Assembly (NCBI GenBank): GCA_043228905.1 | Contig: JBHGNT010000006.1 | Span: forward strand, 14,570,001-14,634,000 | Direction of reading: 5' to 3' | Length of the DNA: 64,000 nt | From: Azolla caroliniana | Lineage: Eukaryota; Plantae; Polypodiophyta | Shown here: positions 25,485 through 37,100 of the stretch, in pieces | Position numbering within the stretch: the first letter of the stretch is position 1 | Layout: the number at the start of each line of letters is the position of its first letter | Program-made: the position numbers and the translations under genes | The notes under the pieces: generated by a model | The model's input: only the letters and a program-made list of their open reading frames with translations | Told to the model about the DNA's origin: nothing | Database searches by the model: none

Positions 25485-28400
25485 TCATGCCCGTAACATA
25501 CTCCCCCTCTTTAAAACATTGCACTCTTGCAATGGAAAGTTAGGGAAGTTAGTTCTAAGTGTATTTTCGCGTTCCCATGTGGCATCTTTTATTGATTTAT
25601 CCATCCATTTTATTTTGAATTCTCGGATTTCTTTAGTACGTAATTTTTTTGTTTTAACATCGAGAATTCTTTCTGGCACATGTGGTTTAGAAGATAATTC
25701 TTCAGAAGTAACCAGAGTTTCAGTCATAACTATATTGTCGCCAGAACCTAGAAGTTCTTTTAGACGACTCACATGAAAGACTAGATGAATTCCGACACCA
25801 TCGGGAAGAGCGAGACGATAGGCTGATGACCCAATGCGTTTGAGGATTGTAAAAGGTCCACAAAACCGTGGGGCTAACTTAGCGCACTTACCCGTAGACA
25901 ATGTCTTAGAATTGTGAGGTACACGTAAAAATACCTTCTGTCCAAGGTTGAATACACGAGGTTGCCTATGATGATCGGCATAAAAACACGCTCTATCTTG
26001 AGCTGTTTTTATATTATCTCGTGCAATATGCAACATATCTTGCATATCCCGAAGAAAGTTTTGCGTACTTCGCAACTCATCATGATGTATATTAACATCA
26101 ATCGGGGCTCGTGGCTGAAAACCATACATCAACATAAAAGGACTATATCCCGTCGACGTATGCTTGGAGCTGTTATAAGCAAACTCCAAAATTGGGAGAT
26201 AACGTTCCCATTTTGTTGGTTTTGCACCAACGTATGCTCGAAGCATGTCCTCAATAATTTGATTTACTCGTTCTGTCTGTCCATCGGATTGAGGATGATC
26301 CGTGGAGCTCATGCTCAACGTAGTTTCTAACTTCTTAAAGACTTGTGTCCAGAAGTCACTAGTAAACTTTGGATCTCGATCACTCACGATATCCATCGGT
26401 AACCCATAAAAACGAAACAATTCGTCAACGAATTGGTAAGCCAATTCAGGAGCTGTTATCGTGGTTTTAGTAGCAATAAATCTGGCCATTTTAGTTAGTC
26501 GATCAACGACAACCCAGATGGCATCATGAGCTTTTTGGGTGTGAGGAAGGCTAACAATAAAATCCATGGATATACTTTCCCACGTATTATTGGGAATGTC
26601 CAAGGGATGTAAAAGTCCTGCGGCTTTAAGTCGCTCGGCTTTGTTAACCTGACACTGGTGACATTTAGTCACATAGCTATGTATGTCAGGACGCATCTTA
26701 GGCCAATAAAATTGAGTGGAGATGAGAACGAGTGTACGATGTATTCCAGGGTGCCCTGCGGAGGGTGCATCATGGCATTCAAAAAGAATCCTCTTTTTGA
26801 CCTCGGGTAAATGTGGAACACAAACCTTCCCATTACGGTAGAGCAAACCGTTAGCAATGTGGAAGTATTCCTTCGAGGATGTGGTGGTGTCTATTCCAGA
26901 CTCAACTCTTGCCCAGTATTTTGCGAAATAACTGTCATCAGGATACTTTCCTCGAAGGTGATCATAAAGATCTGATGATATTTCAGTGAAGCTAAGTGTG
27001 TTAACTTCACGGATGCGACTTAGTGCATCAGCGACAGTGTTCATGGAACCTTTACGATATCGTATGGAAAAATCAAAGTCCTGGATGAGATCAGCCCATC
27101 GTGCCTTACGACCTTTCAGGTCTTGTTGGTCACAAAAATATTTCAAGGACTCGTGGTCCGTAGTTACCACAAAGTGATTTCCATAAAGATAATGGCGCCA
27201 TGTTTTGAGCGCATGTATAACTGCAAATAATTCCTTTTCTTGAACGGTATACCGACATTGAGCAGAATCAAGTTTCTTACTCTCGAATGCTATTGGTTTA
27301 CCATCTTGATACAAGACAACACCTATAGCATAATCGCTTGCATCGGTTTCAACCTCAAAAGGTTTTGAAGGATCAGGTAAAAGAAGTGAAGGAGCCTTGC
27401 AAACTAGGTCCTTGAGTTCCTTAAATGCAAGGTCTAGTGTAGCATTCCACACAATAGGTTTTGTAGACTTACGCGTTTGACCTTTTAAAAGATCAGTAAA
27501 CGGCATCGTCAATTGGGAGTAATTACGAAGAGACTTTCGCAAAAACCCCACAAAACCAAGGAATGATCGAACTTCTCGAATATTCCGAAGAGTGGGCCAA
27601 AGCTTGATTTTCTCAATGCGAGAAGGATCAATTTCAACTCCTCGTTCGGTTATGAGATGTCCTAGATAAGTAATTGATTTCTTGAAGAACTCACATTTTG
27701 AGATCTTCGCATAAAACTGTTTGTCACGCAATGTTTGTAAAACAAAGCGGACATGTCTAGCATGTTCTTGTAATGTACGGCTATAAACTAAAATATCATC
27801 CAAGAAAATAACGACAAATTTTCCAAGTTGTTCTCGGAAAATGTCATTCATTTCTTGTTGAAAAGTAGCCGGAGCATTGGTCAAACCAAAAGGCATAACC
27901 AAAAACTCGTAATGGCCATAACGCGTACGAAATGCCGTTTTAGAAACATCGTCCTCACTTATTCGTATTTGATGGTAGCCAGTACGGAGATCAAGTTTCG
28001 TAAAATACCGAGCTCCCTGGAGACGGTCAATTAGATCGTCAGCCCGGGGCAATGGATACGAATTCTTGATCGTCACTTTATTCAAGCGTCGGTAATTAAT
28101 ACACATACGCCATGTGCCCTCTTTCTTTTTAACCAAGAGAACTGGTGCACCCCATGGAGATTTACTATAACGTATATAACCCATTCGTAAATAGTCCTTG
28201 AGTTGCTTAGATACCTCATCTTCTTCGGATCGACTTAAGCGATACGGAGGTATACTTATTGGTGCAACACCAGGTACAATATCTATACGATGGTCTATAT
28301 TACGTTTAGGAGGTAACCCATCAGGTAGTTCACTTGGAAAAACATCATGAAAATCATTTAAGATTTCATCAAGTTGTTGTTGTTCAAAATATGTTAATTG

Positions 28401-28796
28401 AATCGGGACATTATCGATATTGTAAACCTGAATGTCCGGATCAAGTACACAATAATATAACGTAGAACAAGACAACTCGGATATTGATGGACACGAGGAA
28501 ACAATCGAGAGGGATTGTTTTTTTACACATTGAATAAAATGCGTACAATCGTTCAGTACAAAAGAAATGGAATGACGAACCCAATCAATAAATAAAGAAG
28601 AGTTTTTATTATAAAACCAGGGATAACCCAATATTACATCGGTGGTACAAAGATTCATTACATGGAAGTCTACTTCCTCTATATAAGTATCAATAGAAAT
28701 TCCTAATGAATGAATCGCCCCGTTGATGTATTGTACTCTTCCATCAGCCAAGTGCACCGTGTAGGTGTGATCACTTACGGTGGGTTGATTCCCCAT
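25485..28796 (-). CDS. pol: Element E pol: RT-RNase H-integrase-chromodomain (1103 aa open; protease N-terminus in another frame)
   Basis: [31 protein letters not shown] zinc finger, SMDFI, SDRD, GQTE, C-terminal chromodomain PERILD...KW....DATWE. Confidence 0.92.
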   Translation of the reverse strand: MGNQPTVSDHTYTVHLADGRVQYINGAIHSLGISIDTYIEEVDFHVMNLCTTDVILGYPWFYNKNSSLFIDWVRHSISFVLNDCTHFIQCVKKQSLSIVSSCPSISELSCSTLYYCVLDPDIQVYNIDNVPIQLTYFEQQQLDEILNDFHDVFPSELPDGLPPKRNIDHRIDIVPGVAPISIPPYRLSRSEEDEVSKQLKDYLRMGYIRYSKSPWGAPVLLVKKKEGTWRMCINYRRLNKVTIKNSYPLPRADDLIDRLQGARYFTKLDLRTGYHQIRISEDDVSKTAFRTRYGHYEFLVMPFGLTNAPATFQQEMNDIFREQLGKFVVIFLDDILVYSRTLQEHARHVRFVLQTLRDKQFYAKISKCEFFKKSITYLGHLITERGVEIDPSRIEKIKLWPTLRNIREVRSFLGFVGFLRKSLRNYSQLTMPFTDLLKGQTRKSTKPIVWNATLDLAFKELKDLVCKAPSLLLPDPSKPFEVETDASDYAIGVVLYQDGKPIAFESKKLDSAQCRYTVQEKELFAVIHALKTWRHYLYGNHFVVTTDHESLKYFCDQQDLKGRKARWADLIQDFDFSIRYRKGSMNTVADALSRIREVNTLSFTEISSDLYDHLRGKYPDDSYFAKYWARVESGIDTTTSSKEYFHIANGLLYRNGKVCVPHLPEVKKRILFECHDAPSAGHPGIHRTLVLISTQFYWPKMRPDIHSYVTKCHQCQVNKAERLKAAGLLHPLDIPNNTWESISMDFIVSLPHTQKAHDAIWVVVDRLTKMARFIATKTTITAPELAYQFVDELFRFYGLPMDIVSDRDPKFTSDFWTQVFKKLETTLSMSSTDHPQSDGQTERVNQIIEDMLRAYVGAKPTKWERYLPILEFAYNSSKHTSTGYSPFMLMYGFQPRAPIDVNIHHDELRSTQNFLRDMQDMLHIARDNIKTAQDRACFYADHHRQPRVFNLGQKVFLRVPHNSKTLSTGKCAKLAPRFCGPFTILKRIGSSAYRLALPDGVGIHLVFHVSRLKELLGSGDNIVMTETLVTSEELSSKPHVPERILDVKTKKLRTKEIREFKIKWMDKSIKDATWERENTLRTNFPNFPLQECNVLKRGSMLRA

Positions 28797-28930
28797 ATCT
28801 GAACCAAACGATCATTCACAAAATTGTGTGAGCTTCCCGAATCAAATAAAAACTGTACGGGAGATCCATTGATATACCCGTTTGCACGTAGTAAATCATT
28901 GGGACCCAATACATAGTGAGGGAAAGAACA

Positions 28931-29917
28931 TTAACAATTACTTAAATGATGTGTATAGACCTGAAGGACATTAGGAATCTGACCTTTATGGTCTGCAGCT
29001 TTAGCTTTGTTGTCGTGCTCTTTCCGTTGGAGCTTTCGACATTGATCTTTTGTATGACCCTTCTTTTTGCAGAATACACAAAAAGGATGTTGTCGCTTAC
29101 AATCGCGATCCAGGAATTCGTTGGGTGTCTTGCGTTTCCCAACAAATTGCGACTGCTTAGTCCCGGGCGCTTCGTTGGGTTTGTTATGGTCCTTCTTCGA
29201 AGTGCGTTGATGGCGAAGAACTATTTCAACGGCCTCTTCGAAGGATTTTGGATCCTTATCATGCACTATCCAGTGATAGTCCGAATTGGGGATGCCATTG
29301 ACAAAACAAGCTATCAACCAATTGTCCCCTTCTAGACCCGATTTTTGGATTTGGGTTCTAGCATGGTGAACATAGTCTTCTAGCGAGGAAAATTTCCTGC
29401 TAGAGAGGTTCATTAAAGCTTGTGCTGCCTCGGTTCGAGAGGGAGGTTGCAGAAATTGGCCCTTAAAAACCGTGACAAAATCTGTCCAGGTATCGGGCAA
29501 TTTCCCCATAGTATGGAGGCCACGCCACCAAGCGGCTGCCTTACCCCCGAGTTCTCGACCGACATATGCAATCTTCGTACTATCTGGCGTGGGATAGAGC
29601 TCAAAATGAGACTCCCATCGTCCCAGCCATGTGCAGATTGCTTCTTCGGTTCTTTCCTTTTTGTCTCCCGTAAATGGCTTAACGACAAATGATGGTTCAC
29701 CCTGTCGCTCATCAGGTCTATTAGTCTCACGTTGTAGACTAATGACACGTGCCTCAAGAGCACTCTGAGATTGCCGAAGTTCGGTCATCTGTTGAGCGGT
29801 GAAACTAAGGTATTGGGTTATTTGTGCCAAATACATCTCAGTGGACATTTGTCCAGGAGGATTCCCTTGAGTTCCTTCCGCTTGAGCGGATGACATCGGG
29901 TCGTTAATTTGAGCCAT
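28931..29917 (-). CDS. gag: Element E gag
   Basis: Capsid-like region (L.GKAAAWW, TW.DF...F) and CCHC knuckle CVFCKKKGHTKDQC. Confidence 0.9.
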   Translation of the reverse strand: MAQINDPMSSAQAEGTQGNPPGQMSTEMYLAQITQYLSFTAQQMTELRQSQSALEARVISLQRETNRPDERQGEPSFVVKPFTGDKKERTEEAICTWLGRWESHFELYPTPDSTKIAYVGRELGGKAAAWWRGLHTMGKLPDTWTDFVTVFKGQFLQPPSRTEAAQALMNLSSRKFSSLEDYVHHARTQIQKSGLEGDNWLIACFVNGIPNSDYHWIVHDKDPKSFEEAVEIVLRHQRTSKKDHNKPNEAPGTKQSQFVGKRKTPNEFLDRDCKRQHPFCVFCKKKGHTKDQCRKLQRKEHDNKAKAADHKGQIPNVLQVYTHHLSNC

Positions 29918-31104
29918 TAAAGATTATTTCTGGAAAAGAAATAGGATAAGGTCAGAGATATAGTCATAACATCATGTCGTGATGTAAACATATCATGGGC
30001 GAGCATTAATCGATATCATTATCTCACGTCAATACCCCTCTAGACGTATGAGATGAGGTTCAAGATCAGGTTACTATGGTAACACAAAGGTGTTTTAAAA
30101 ACCATGGGGGTGACAAATAAATGTCTTTCCCTTATCTCTATATCGATTTTTTCATGGTGGCTCCCCGAGGCTCAACCATGTATGTTCGCGTCATGAATAG
30201 TTTATACACGAAAAAAATGTTAATAATAAACTATGTTTTGGTGCCCACATATGTGGTTTCGGCTCTTTAAGTCCTATTACGAGGACCCCGAGGTGCACTT
30301 AGACCTTAAGTCTAAACATGTGTTATAGTCATATGTATCAAGGATGTTGTATGGTCTTGGTCATATTTGAACTCGAGACCTCGAGAACAAATACATGAAA
30401 CACTTGAGCCAACCAAGTAAGTTGCTCTTCTCGAATGCTTAATGTTTGATGCGTATAAGAGATATGCGAGGCAATTGATCATATATGTTTTTTTAAAAGA
30501 ACATATATGTCAAGGTCCTTATTTCGCCCTCATTTACCAAAACTATGTTGGTACGTTACCTAACCTCAAGTCTCGTAATTACGATGGCATATGCCAAAGG
30601 GCAACCTAATGGTCAAGCCAAATGAGCCCTCGTTTCGTAGTAGGCTCACGTGGGCCATCACATGGTCACGTCATTACGAATGCCTCTCGTAAGAACGAGC
30701 TCATGGTGGCATCGTATCCATGTAACGAGGGAGGGATGTTGGATACGTGCGTCATTGGAGCGACCTCACTTGAAGTGGGTCAAGCCCTACGTACTCAACA
30801 TCATTTTGGCTATTCGCGTTTCTTTACGTAACGAAATCGAGGTCGTCAATGGGGTTATCAACAATAAAAAAATGTTGAAAAAGGGATGGTGACAACGCCA
30901 TTCTCACAAAAATGTGAGGACGGCCACCAACATCCTTTTCCCGACAAGGACAACTTTCGATATAATCACGTAATAACGAATATACACATATGTTTACTTA
31001 TCACATATATACGATCAAATACGTATATATGTGACCACATATGCCTATATTAAACATATCGTTATATTAAATAGCCACAAATGATGTGATCGAGATACGT
31101 AATC

Positions 31105-31352
31105 GAGGTATATACCTCTACGCACATGAAACATCCACAAATAAGAGATCATCGTAATACGCAATGGAGGTATTGACCTCTTACGCATACGAGACCAAAC
31201 GCATATCGTTTACAACAAATCAAGGTATTAAACTCATACGCAAACGTAACATATGTTCGTGAACGTAATACGTAATTGAGGTATTAACCTCGTACGCATA
31301 CGACACTCATCACATATTATCAATATGTCAAACGAGGTATTGACCTCGTGCA
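31105..31352. repeat. Five spaced hairpin-core motifs GAGGTATTRACCTC(N)TACGCA in the element E leader
   Basis: Cores at 31105, 31167, 31222, 31278 and 31334 with dissimilar spacers. Confidence 0.75.
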
Positions 31353-34198
31353 CATATGTAAACGTTTTAGATAATCAATTAAAGACCACTACAACATCAT
31401 TGACTTAATGAAAAAAATTACATATAAACTAAACACATGATTAGATGGGAGAAGAGAGAATAGAAAGAAAAATTATGGAAAGAGTTACCGAAGTTCTTTG
31501 TTGATCGTTGTCTGGATAAAGGCCAACCGCACAACGATCGATCAGCATCAATCAAAAGACAAATGAAAAACAAAGAAACATTAGTACAAAAATCTGATAC
31601 CAAATATTATAGATCTTGATACTAACGTAAGCTTAAGATAAGGATAATGAAAAGATAGATAGAAAGGAGAAAGAGAAAGAAGGGTGCCGATCCACCCGAC
31701 CACCCCCGAGCGAAGGGATCGAGACGGACTCGAGCCTCGATCAGCGTCCCATACCACCGCCGTGGCGTCGAGTCGTACCTGGTGCGGGCGCGCTCGCTAC
31801 AAGAGTTGACCCACCACACGAGCAGAGTCTCGATGTAGTCAAAAGATGATCAAATGAGGGTAGCTAGGCCTCTTATTTATAGCGATACCCAAGGCCCCCA
31901 GGCAAGTTCACACTTGACCTAATGGGTTGTCTCAATCCCGAGGATTAAAAGTAATCCTCCCCTTCTTTACACTCTCATTTAACCCTCACACTTATCCACG
32001 TGTATAGAATACTACGGTAAATTCTTACCACGGGATATTATATGGTCATGCCCGTAACACTGGGGATGCACTGGTAGATGCACCGGCGTGGTTCTCCTCT
32101 ACAAGGAGCATCGATTGTAAGTCGAAAAATGAGGGTGTATTCTCCCTTGTACAAACCGCAGGCCGGAAAGCTCCGAACTTGGACGCCAGGCCTCCAAGAC
32201 AGACCTACACCATCTCATCTTCCTCTACGGTGACGTTAATAGAGGCAAGCGAGTCACAGATCCCTTTGATCCGATCTGTGTAATCTGCCACCGACATGTT
32301 CTTCTGTCGAACATTGCTCAACTCCTGTTTGAGTTGCAGCTTCCGGGCAGTGGTGCTTGCGGCGAAGACCTTTTTCAAGTTTCCCCAAGCATCCTTCGGT
32401 GTCTTGGCGTCACAGATATGGCTGAGCAGCTGGTCACCAACACTGGACGCGAAGCAGTACATCACCCTGCTTGCCGCCTGTTCCCACACTGGGAAGTCCT
32501 TGTGTGTCGTCTCCGGTGCTGAGTCGTTCACTCCGTCGACATAACTCCAGTAGCCATGCCCAAGCAGGTACTGGTGCATCTTGTATGACCAAGATGCGTA
32601 GTTGGTTCTGTCGAGCTTCTCCACCGGGAGCGACGTAGCCATACCTCTGTCCATTTCTCCTTTTGTGTCTGTTTTCCGATCTGTTAGGGTTTCCTTCACA
32701 AGCGTAGATGTCTGCAGCAGAGGTTCTCAACGCACGCGCTCTGATACCATGTGAAAGATTGCTTGCGGAAGCGTTAGAAAGAACAATACATAGAGAGAGA
32801 GAGAGAGAGTACGTGGGAGAGGCAAAGAGAGAGAGAGAGAGCAAAATGCACTATTTTTCAAAATTATATGAATACTCTGTGCTCTGTATCTACAACGCGC
32901 TCAACATCGTTATTTATACAAGTCCACACGGGACTGTTAGAAGTACGGTGTACTTCAATGCTCACACAAGCATCTGACACTAATTACGAGACTATAACTG
33001 CATAGTAGTCTAACCTATACTAGGCTTCTGGTTACGGATTGGATCCGGCATACCGGCTCCTCTTCTTACCGGACCTTACTACTTACCAGCTCGGTTGCTC
33101 ACCGGCATACCGATTCCTCTCGCTTACCGGCTCAGGCTTATTCAGCCGATCCGGCTGCGGTTGAGCTTGCCGCTCAACGGGGCCTTATTAGAGAAAAAGA
33201 AGGTATGGTTCGACGAGCAGTTGGTGGTCGAACAAGAAAGAAGGCTTCAGCTCGAAATCTGCCTAAACAATGAAATGGGGAAATTAGAAGAACAACATGC
33301 AAAGAAATCCCAACTGTGGGCGGGCCTGAAGGCCACGTACGAAGTAGCAACGGCGGTTAAACAACAAGAAATTGCAGACCTCTAGAAGTCGATGGAGGAC
33401 GCACGCAACCATTGCCAGGCCATCATAGATAACGTGTGTATCCTTCTCCAAACAAATCAAGAGAGGTTCATAGCACAATTGAAAATGGTGTTGGACAAAG
33501 GATGGATGGTGTGGGCAACCCAAGCAGCAGAATTGCACGCGTATCGTGCGGACTGGGAGAACCGGCAAAAAGACGGCCGAGGTTTCTATAAGCTAAAGGA
33601 GGAGAGCATTGCAGTCGTACGAGAGGACCTAGTGCAAGACTATCGTGCACTAGCGGACCAACACTCCGAAGAACTCGCGCAGCTTTTAGATGATTTTGGT
33701 GAAAGCCAGGAGGAGCTATTTCACCAGATCACACAAGCCGGCAACACACGCACAAACTAGGAATCCAGCGCGATGCCAATTCCGGGCACGACCGAAGAAG
33801 AGGAACCTCAAGCTCGATCACTAGAAATGACAACGATGGAGAATAGCGCGGACCGACGAGCGGAGTCCCCCACAGTACCAAACAACGAAACCACTGCACA
33901 AGAGGAGGTTCATCCGCATGAGCCCAAGCTATCATCGGACCACACGGAGAACGATTCCGCCCCACTCCCTAGAATGTACGAAAACGGCCGACACCACGGA
34001 GGATGTAACAATGGAGGCAGAGCCGCAGCCGACTGCAAGCACGACAACGGAGGAGCCCAACCCACTAGCTCAAGAAGAGCCCACCGTACCCGGACCGCCC
34101 ACACACGGCGACTATGACTCCGGGAGAAACCAGCCCAACCAAACAGGGGAGCCACACCACGATGCACCTACGGGCCCTACGTCACCTCGGGACGCGGA

Positions 34199-37100
34199 TG
34201 TCGAATACATGTGTATAATGGACGTATTCATACTATCCCGTTTTGGACATTTATGTAATTAGCATAAAGGGCAGTTGCCCTAAGTCGGTCACTATATATA
34301 GTGACCTTGTAACCTTTTTGTAAGGTTGGATGTTGTATTATTGCTTTATGGAATAAGTAGTCTTTTGTGTCTCTCTCTCTCTCTCTCTCTCTGTGCAACG
34401 ATCTACAAACTGTCATACGCAGGTACTTAACAGCAGTCGAATGCTTCTTGATCTTCCGCACAGACGACATTGTCTCCAACATCTGGTATCAGAGCCTGCA
34501 CAGTAGTCGGTCCTTCAATCCGCTGTCGGCCGTCGTCTCAGCATTCGGTTTCCTGCGTCACTCGAAGAAGAGAGAAGAAGAAGAAAAACCAGGTTTGCAT
34601 CTCATTGCGTTAGATCATCTTTGCTTGGAGTAAGCCAGCAGGTTGTACTCTGTCCTCCGTGATCGTAACCGCTCGAGGTGAAATCCCCTTGTGCAACATT
34701 GACACGATCGTGCTCCATTCGGTTAAACGGCATCCGAAGAGGTCATCAATCGCCGCTCGTTGTAACCATTCGGTGCAGATCGGTCTCAAGACAACAACCC
34801 CAATTCGTGCTTCATCCGGCTGATCGACATTCGAGAGGATCAGTTGGATCCATCTCTCTCGTCGCTGCAGCCACCCGAAGCAGAATCGGTCCAGATAATC
34901 GGTTTTAATAATCGGTATTCGGCATATATATCCGAAGCGAACCGGACTCACTCCGACTCGGTAACATTCGGGAAGACCAGTCGGTTCTGTCCCTCAAGCT
35001 ACCGAAGTCAATTCGAGCAAGTTCCGAAGCCGAACCTACTCGGGTTCAAATCCGACTAGAACGATATCGGGTGAGCCAACCGGCTGCACTCCAACAAGGT
35101 TCGTAGTCGACTCCGAACCGAGCTTCGTCAACCGAAACCGAATTCGATGGCATCAACATCCGGCTCGTCAGAAATGAGTCTACGAAAGTTCGATGGATCG
35201 AACTTCAACTTCTGGAAGGAGCAAATGCAGGACTATCTCATAGTCAAGGGGCAAATCGATCCCATCGAAAATGAAGAACCTCCAGAAGGATACAAACCAA
35301 TTGAGTGGCAGAAGCTGGACAGAATCGTCCGCGCCACGATTCGGATGCACCTATCGGAATCGGTATACTTTACGGTGCAATCGTGTACGACAGCATTCGA
35401 ACTGTGGAAAACACTGTCGGACACTTACGAAAAGAAGGTCGCCGCAACGAAGATGTTTCTGATCCGGCGCCTCTACAACTTGCGGATGAAAGAATCCGAT
35501 TCGGTTCAAGCACACCTCAATGAGTACGAAAGCATAAGCTCCCAAATCTCGTCACAGGGGACGGCAATCGAGGATGAACTCAGAGCAATGATACTCATGA
35601 GCAGCCTTCCCTCATCATGGGAAACTTTCGTCACAACCGTGTGCAACGCGTCAACCACGGTTGTTAAGTACTCCGAAGTCACGAGCGCAATCCTGACCGA
35701 AGCAGCTCGGAGAAAGTCTTTCGCCAAAGACTCAACAGACGACGCTTATGTAGTACAAGGTTCGACAGACCGATCAAACATACGAGGAAGAGATTCCTCA
35801 CGGCCGCCGAACAATCAGCGAAGACGGAGCCAGTCACGGGATAACCGAATCTGCAACTATTGCAAGAAACCCGGACACATCAAAGCCGACTGCCGCGCAC
35901 TCAAGAACAAGAACAACAAGAAGAGTGGCCGGCATGAGGAGATCAATTACGTCAGCTTCTCAGCTGATGTACTACCGGACGACCCGAATATACTATCAAT
36001 CGAAAATCCAGTCGGATCAGAAGTTCTACTCACGACTGAAGAATCGAGCACATGGCTCTTAGATTCGGGCGCGTCATTTCACGTGACTCCTCATCGATCC
36101 CAATTTCGGCAATATACGATCCGTCACTCCGACTCAGTTCGAGTCGGCAACTCACAACACTGTGACATCATCGGAATCGGCACAGTAGAGCTCAACCTTG
36201 CAGGTGGCTCTACACTTGTACTTCACAATGTCCGACATGTACCCGAGCTCTCAAGGCCATTGATCTCAGTCGGACAACTAGATGAAGACGGCATTCGTGC
36301 CGGCTTTTCTTCGGGAGGGTGGACACTCCACAGGGGGAACCTCCTGCTTGCTAGAGGACCCAAGATACACTCACTGTATCCGTTACATGTTACGCTTAGA
36401 GAGGGTAACCTGTTTTTGGTGGATATTCCTGTGTCATCACTATGGCACAGAAGATTAGGACACCTCAGCAAGGCCGGCATCACGCATCTATCTAGAGCCG
36501 GATACATCCCCAAACTCTCCTTTTCCGACCATCAATTCTGCGAGCATTGCCAGTATGGCAAACAAGCAGCCGCATCACACCCGACATCAGCACCAAGAGA
36601 AACGAGACCTCTCGATTTAGTCCATTCGGACGTCTGTGGCCCAATGCCGCATCAGTCTCTAGGCGGTGCCTCTTACTTCGTCACTTTTATTGACGATTCG
36701 ACTCGAAAGGTGTGGGCTTATCCGATTCGCACCAAAGATCGGGTCTTCTCGATCTTCTCAGATTGGCTCGCTATGGTAGAAAATCAAACCGACCGAAAAC
36801 TGAAATGCTTTCGGACAGACAATGGGGGAGAGTTCAAATCCGAAGAATTCGTCAAATTCTGCCGACAACGCGGCATCCGACGTGAATTTACGGCACCACA
36901 CAGCCCGGAGCAAAACGGGATTGCAGAACGAATGAATCGGACAATCCAAGAAAGGATAGTTTCCATGCTCCAACAGTCCGGACTGTCGGATGGCTTCTGG
37001 GCAGAGGCTCTACTCACGGCAGTACACATAATCAATATGTCGCCAAGTAGACCTCTAGGACTTCAAATTCCTCAGGAACTATGGATCGGCAGTACGCCGA

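Larger units (their letters stand above)
25044..32059 (-). mobile_element. Young Ty3/Gypsy chromovirus (element E)
   Basis: 455-bp LTRs 25044-25498 and 31605-32059, in which I see only 2 differences; perfect TSD CTGGG; PBS TGGTATCAGA (31593-31602); PPT at 25499-25510. Confidence 0.97.
10313..32642 (-). pseudogene. Element C gag-pol in three pieces (32642-32065, 25043-22653, 12029-10313)
   Basis: Gag; protease WYVDSGASNHM; integrase RSDGGKEY and NGVAERKN; RT DYDE|TF.PVAKMTT split by the Sola2 insertion, QMDVKNAFL, YVDDL; RNase H STEAEY. Confidence 0.93.
9703..33179 (-). mobile_element. Ty1/Copia element C, degenerate; hosts the Sola2-like element and element E
   Basis: LTRs 9703-10133 and 32750-33179; TSD AGGCC/GGGCC; PBS (TGGTATCAGAGC, tRNA-iMet) at 32738-32749; PPT at 10134-10144. 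Confidence 0.95.
7874..34198 (+). pseudogene. Element B extra 3' ORF (Pro/Thr-rich plus coiled-coil), pieces 7874-9702 and 33180-34198
   Basis: Consecutive ORF fragments 8102..8404, 8379..8927, 8949..9593; the frame ...IAGLQA|LLEKKKVWF rejoins across the Copia C insertion. Confidence 0.65.

Noticed and set aside
31105-31352. Repeat-spacer pattern as CRISPR
   Set aside because: Cores are degenerate, only 5 units, inside a retrotransposon leader, no cas genes
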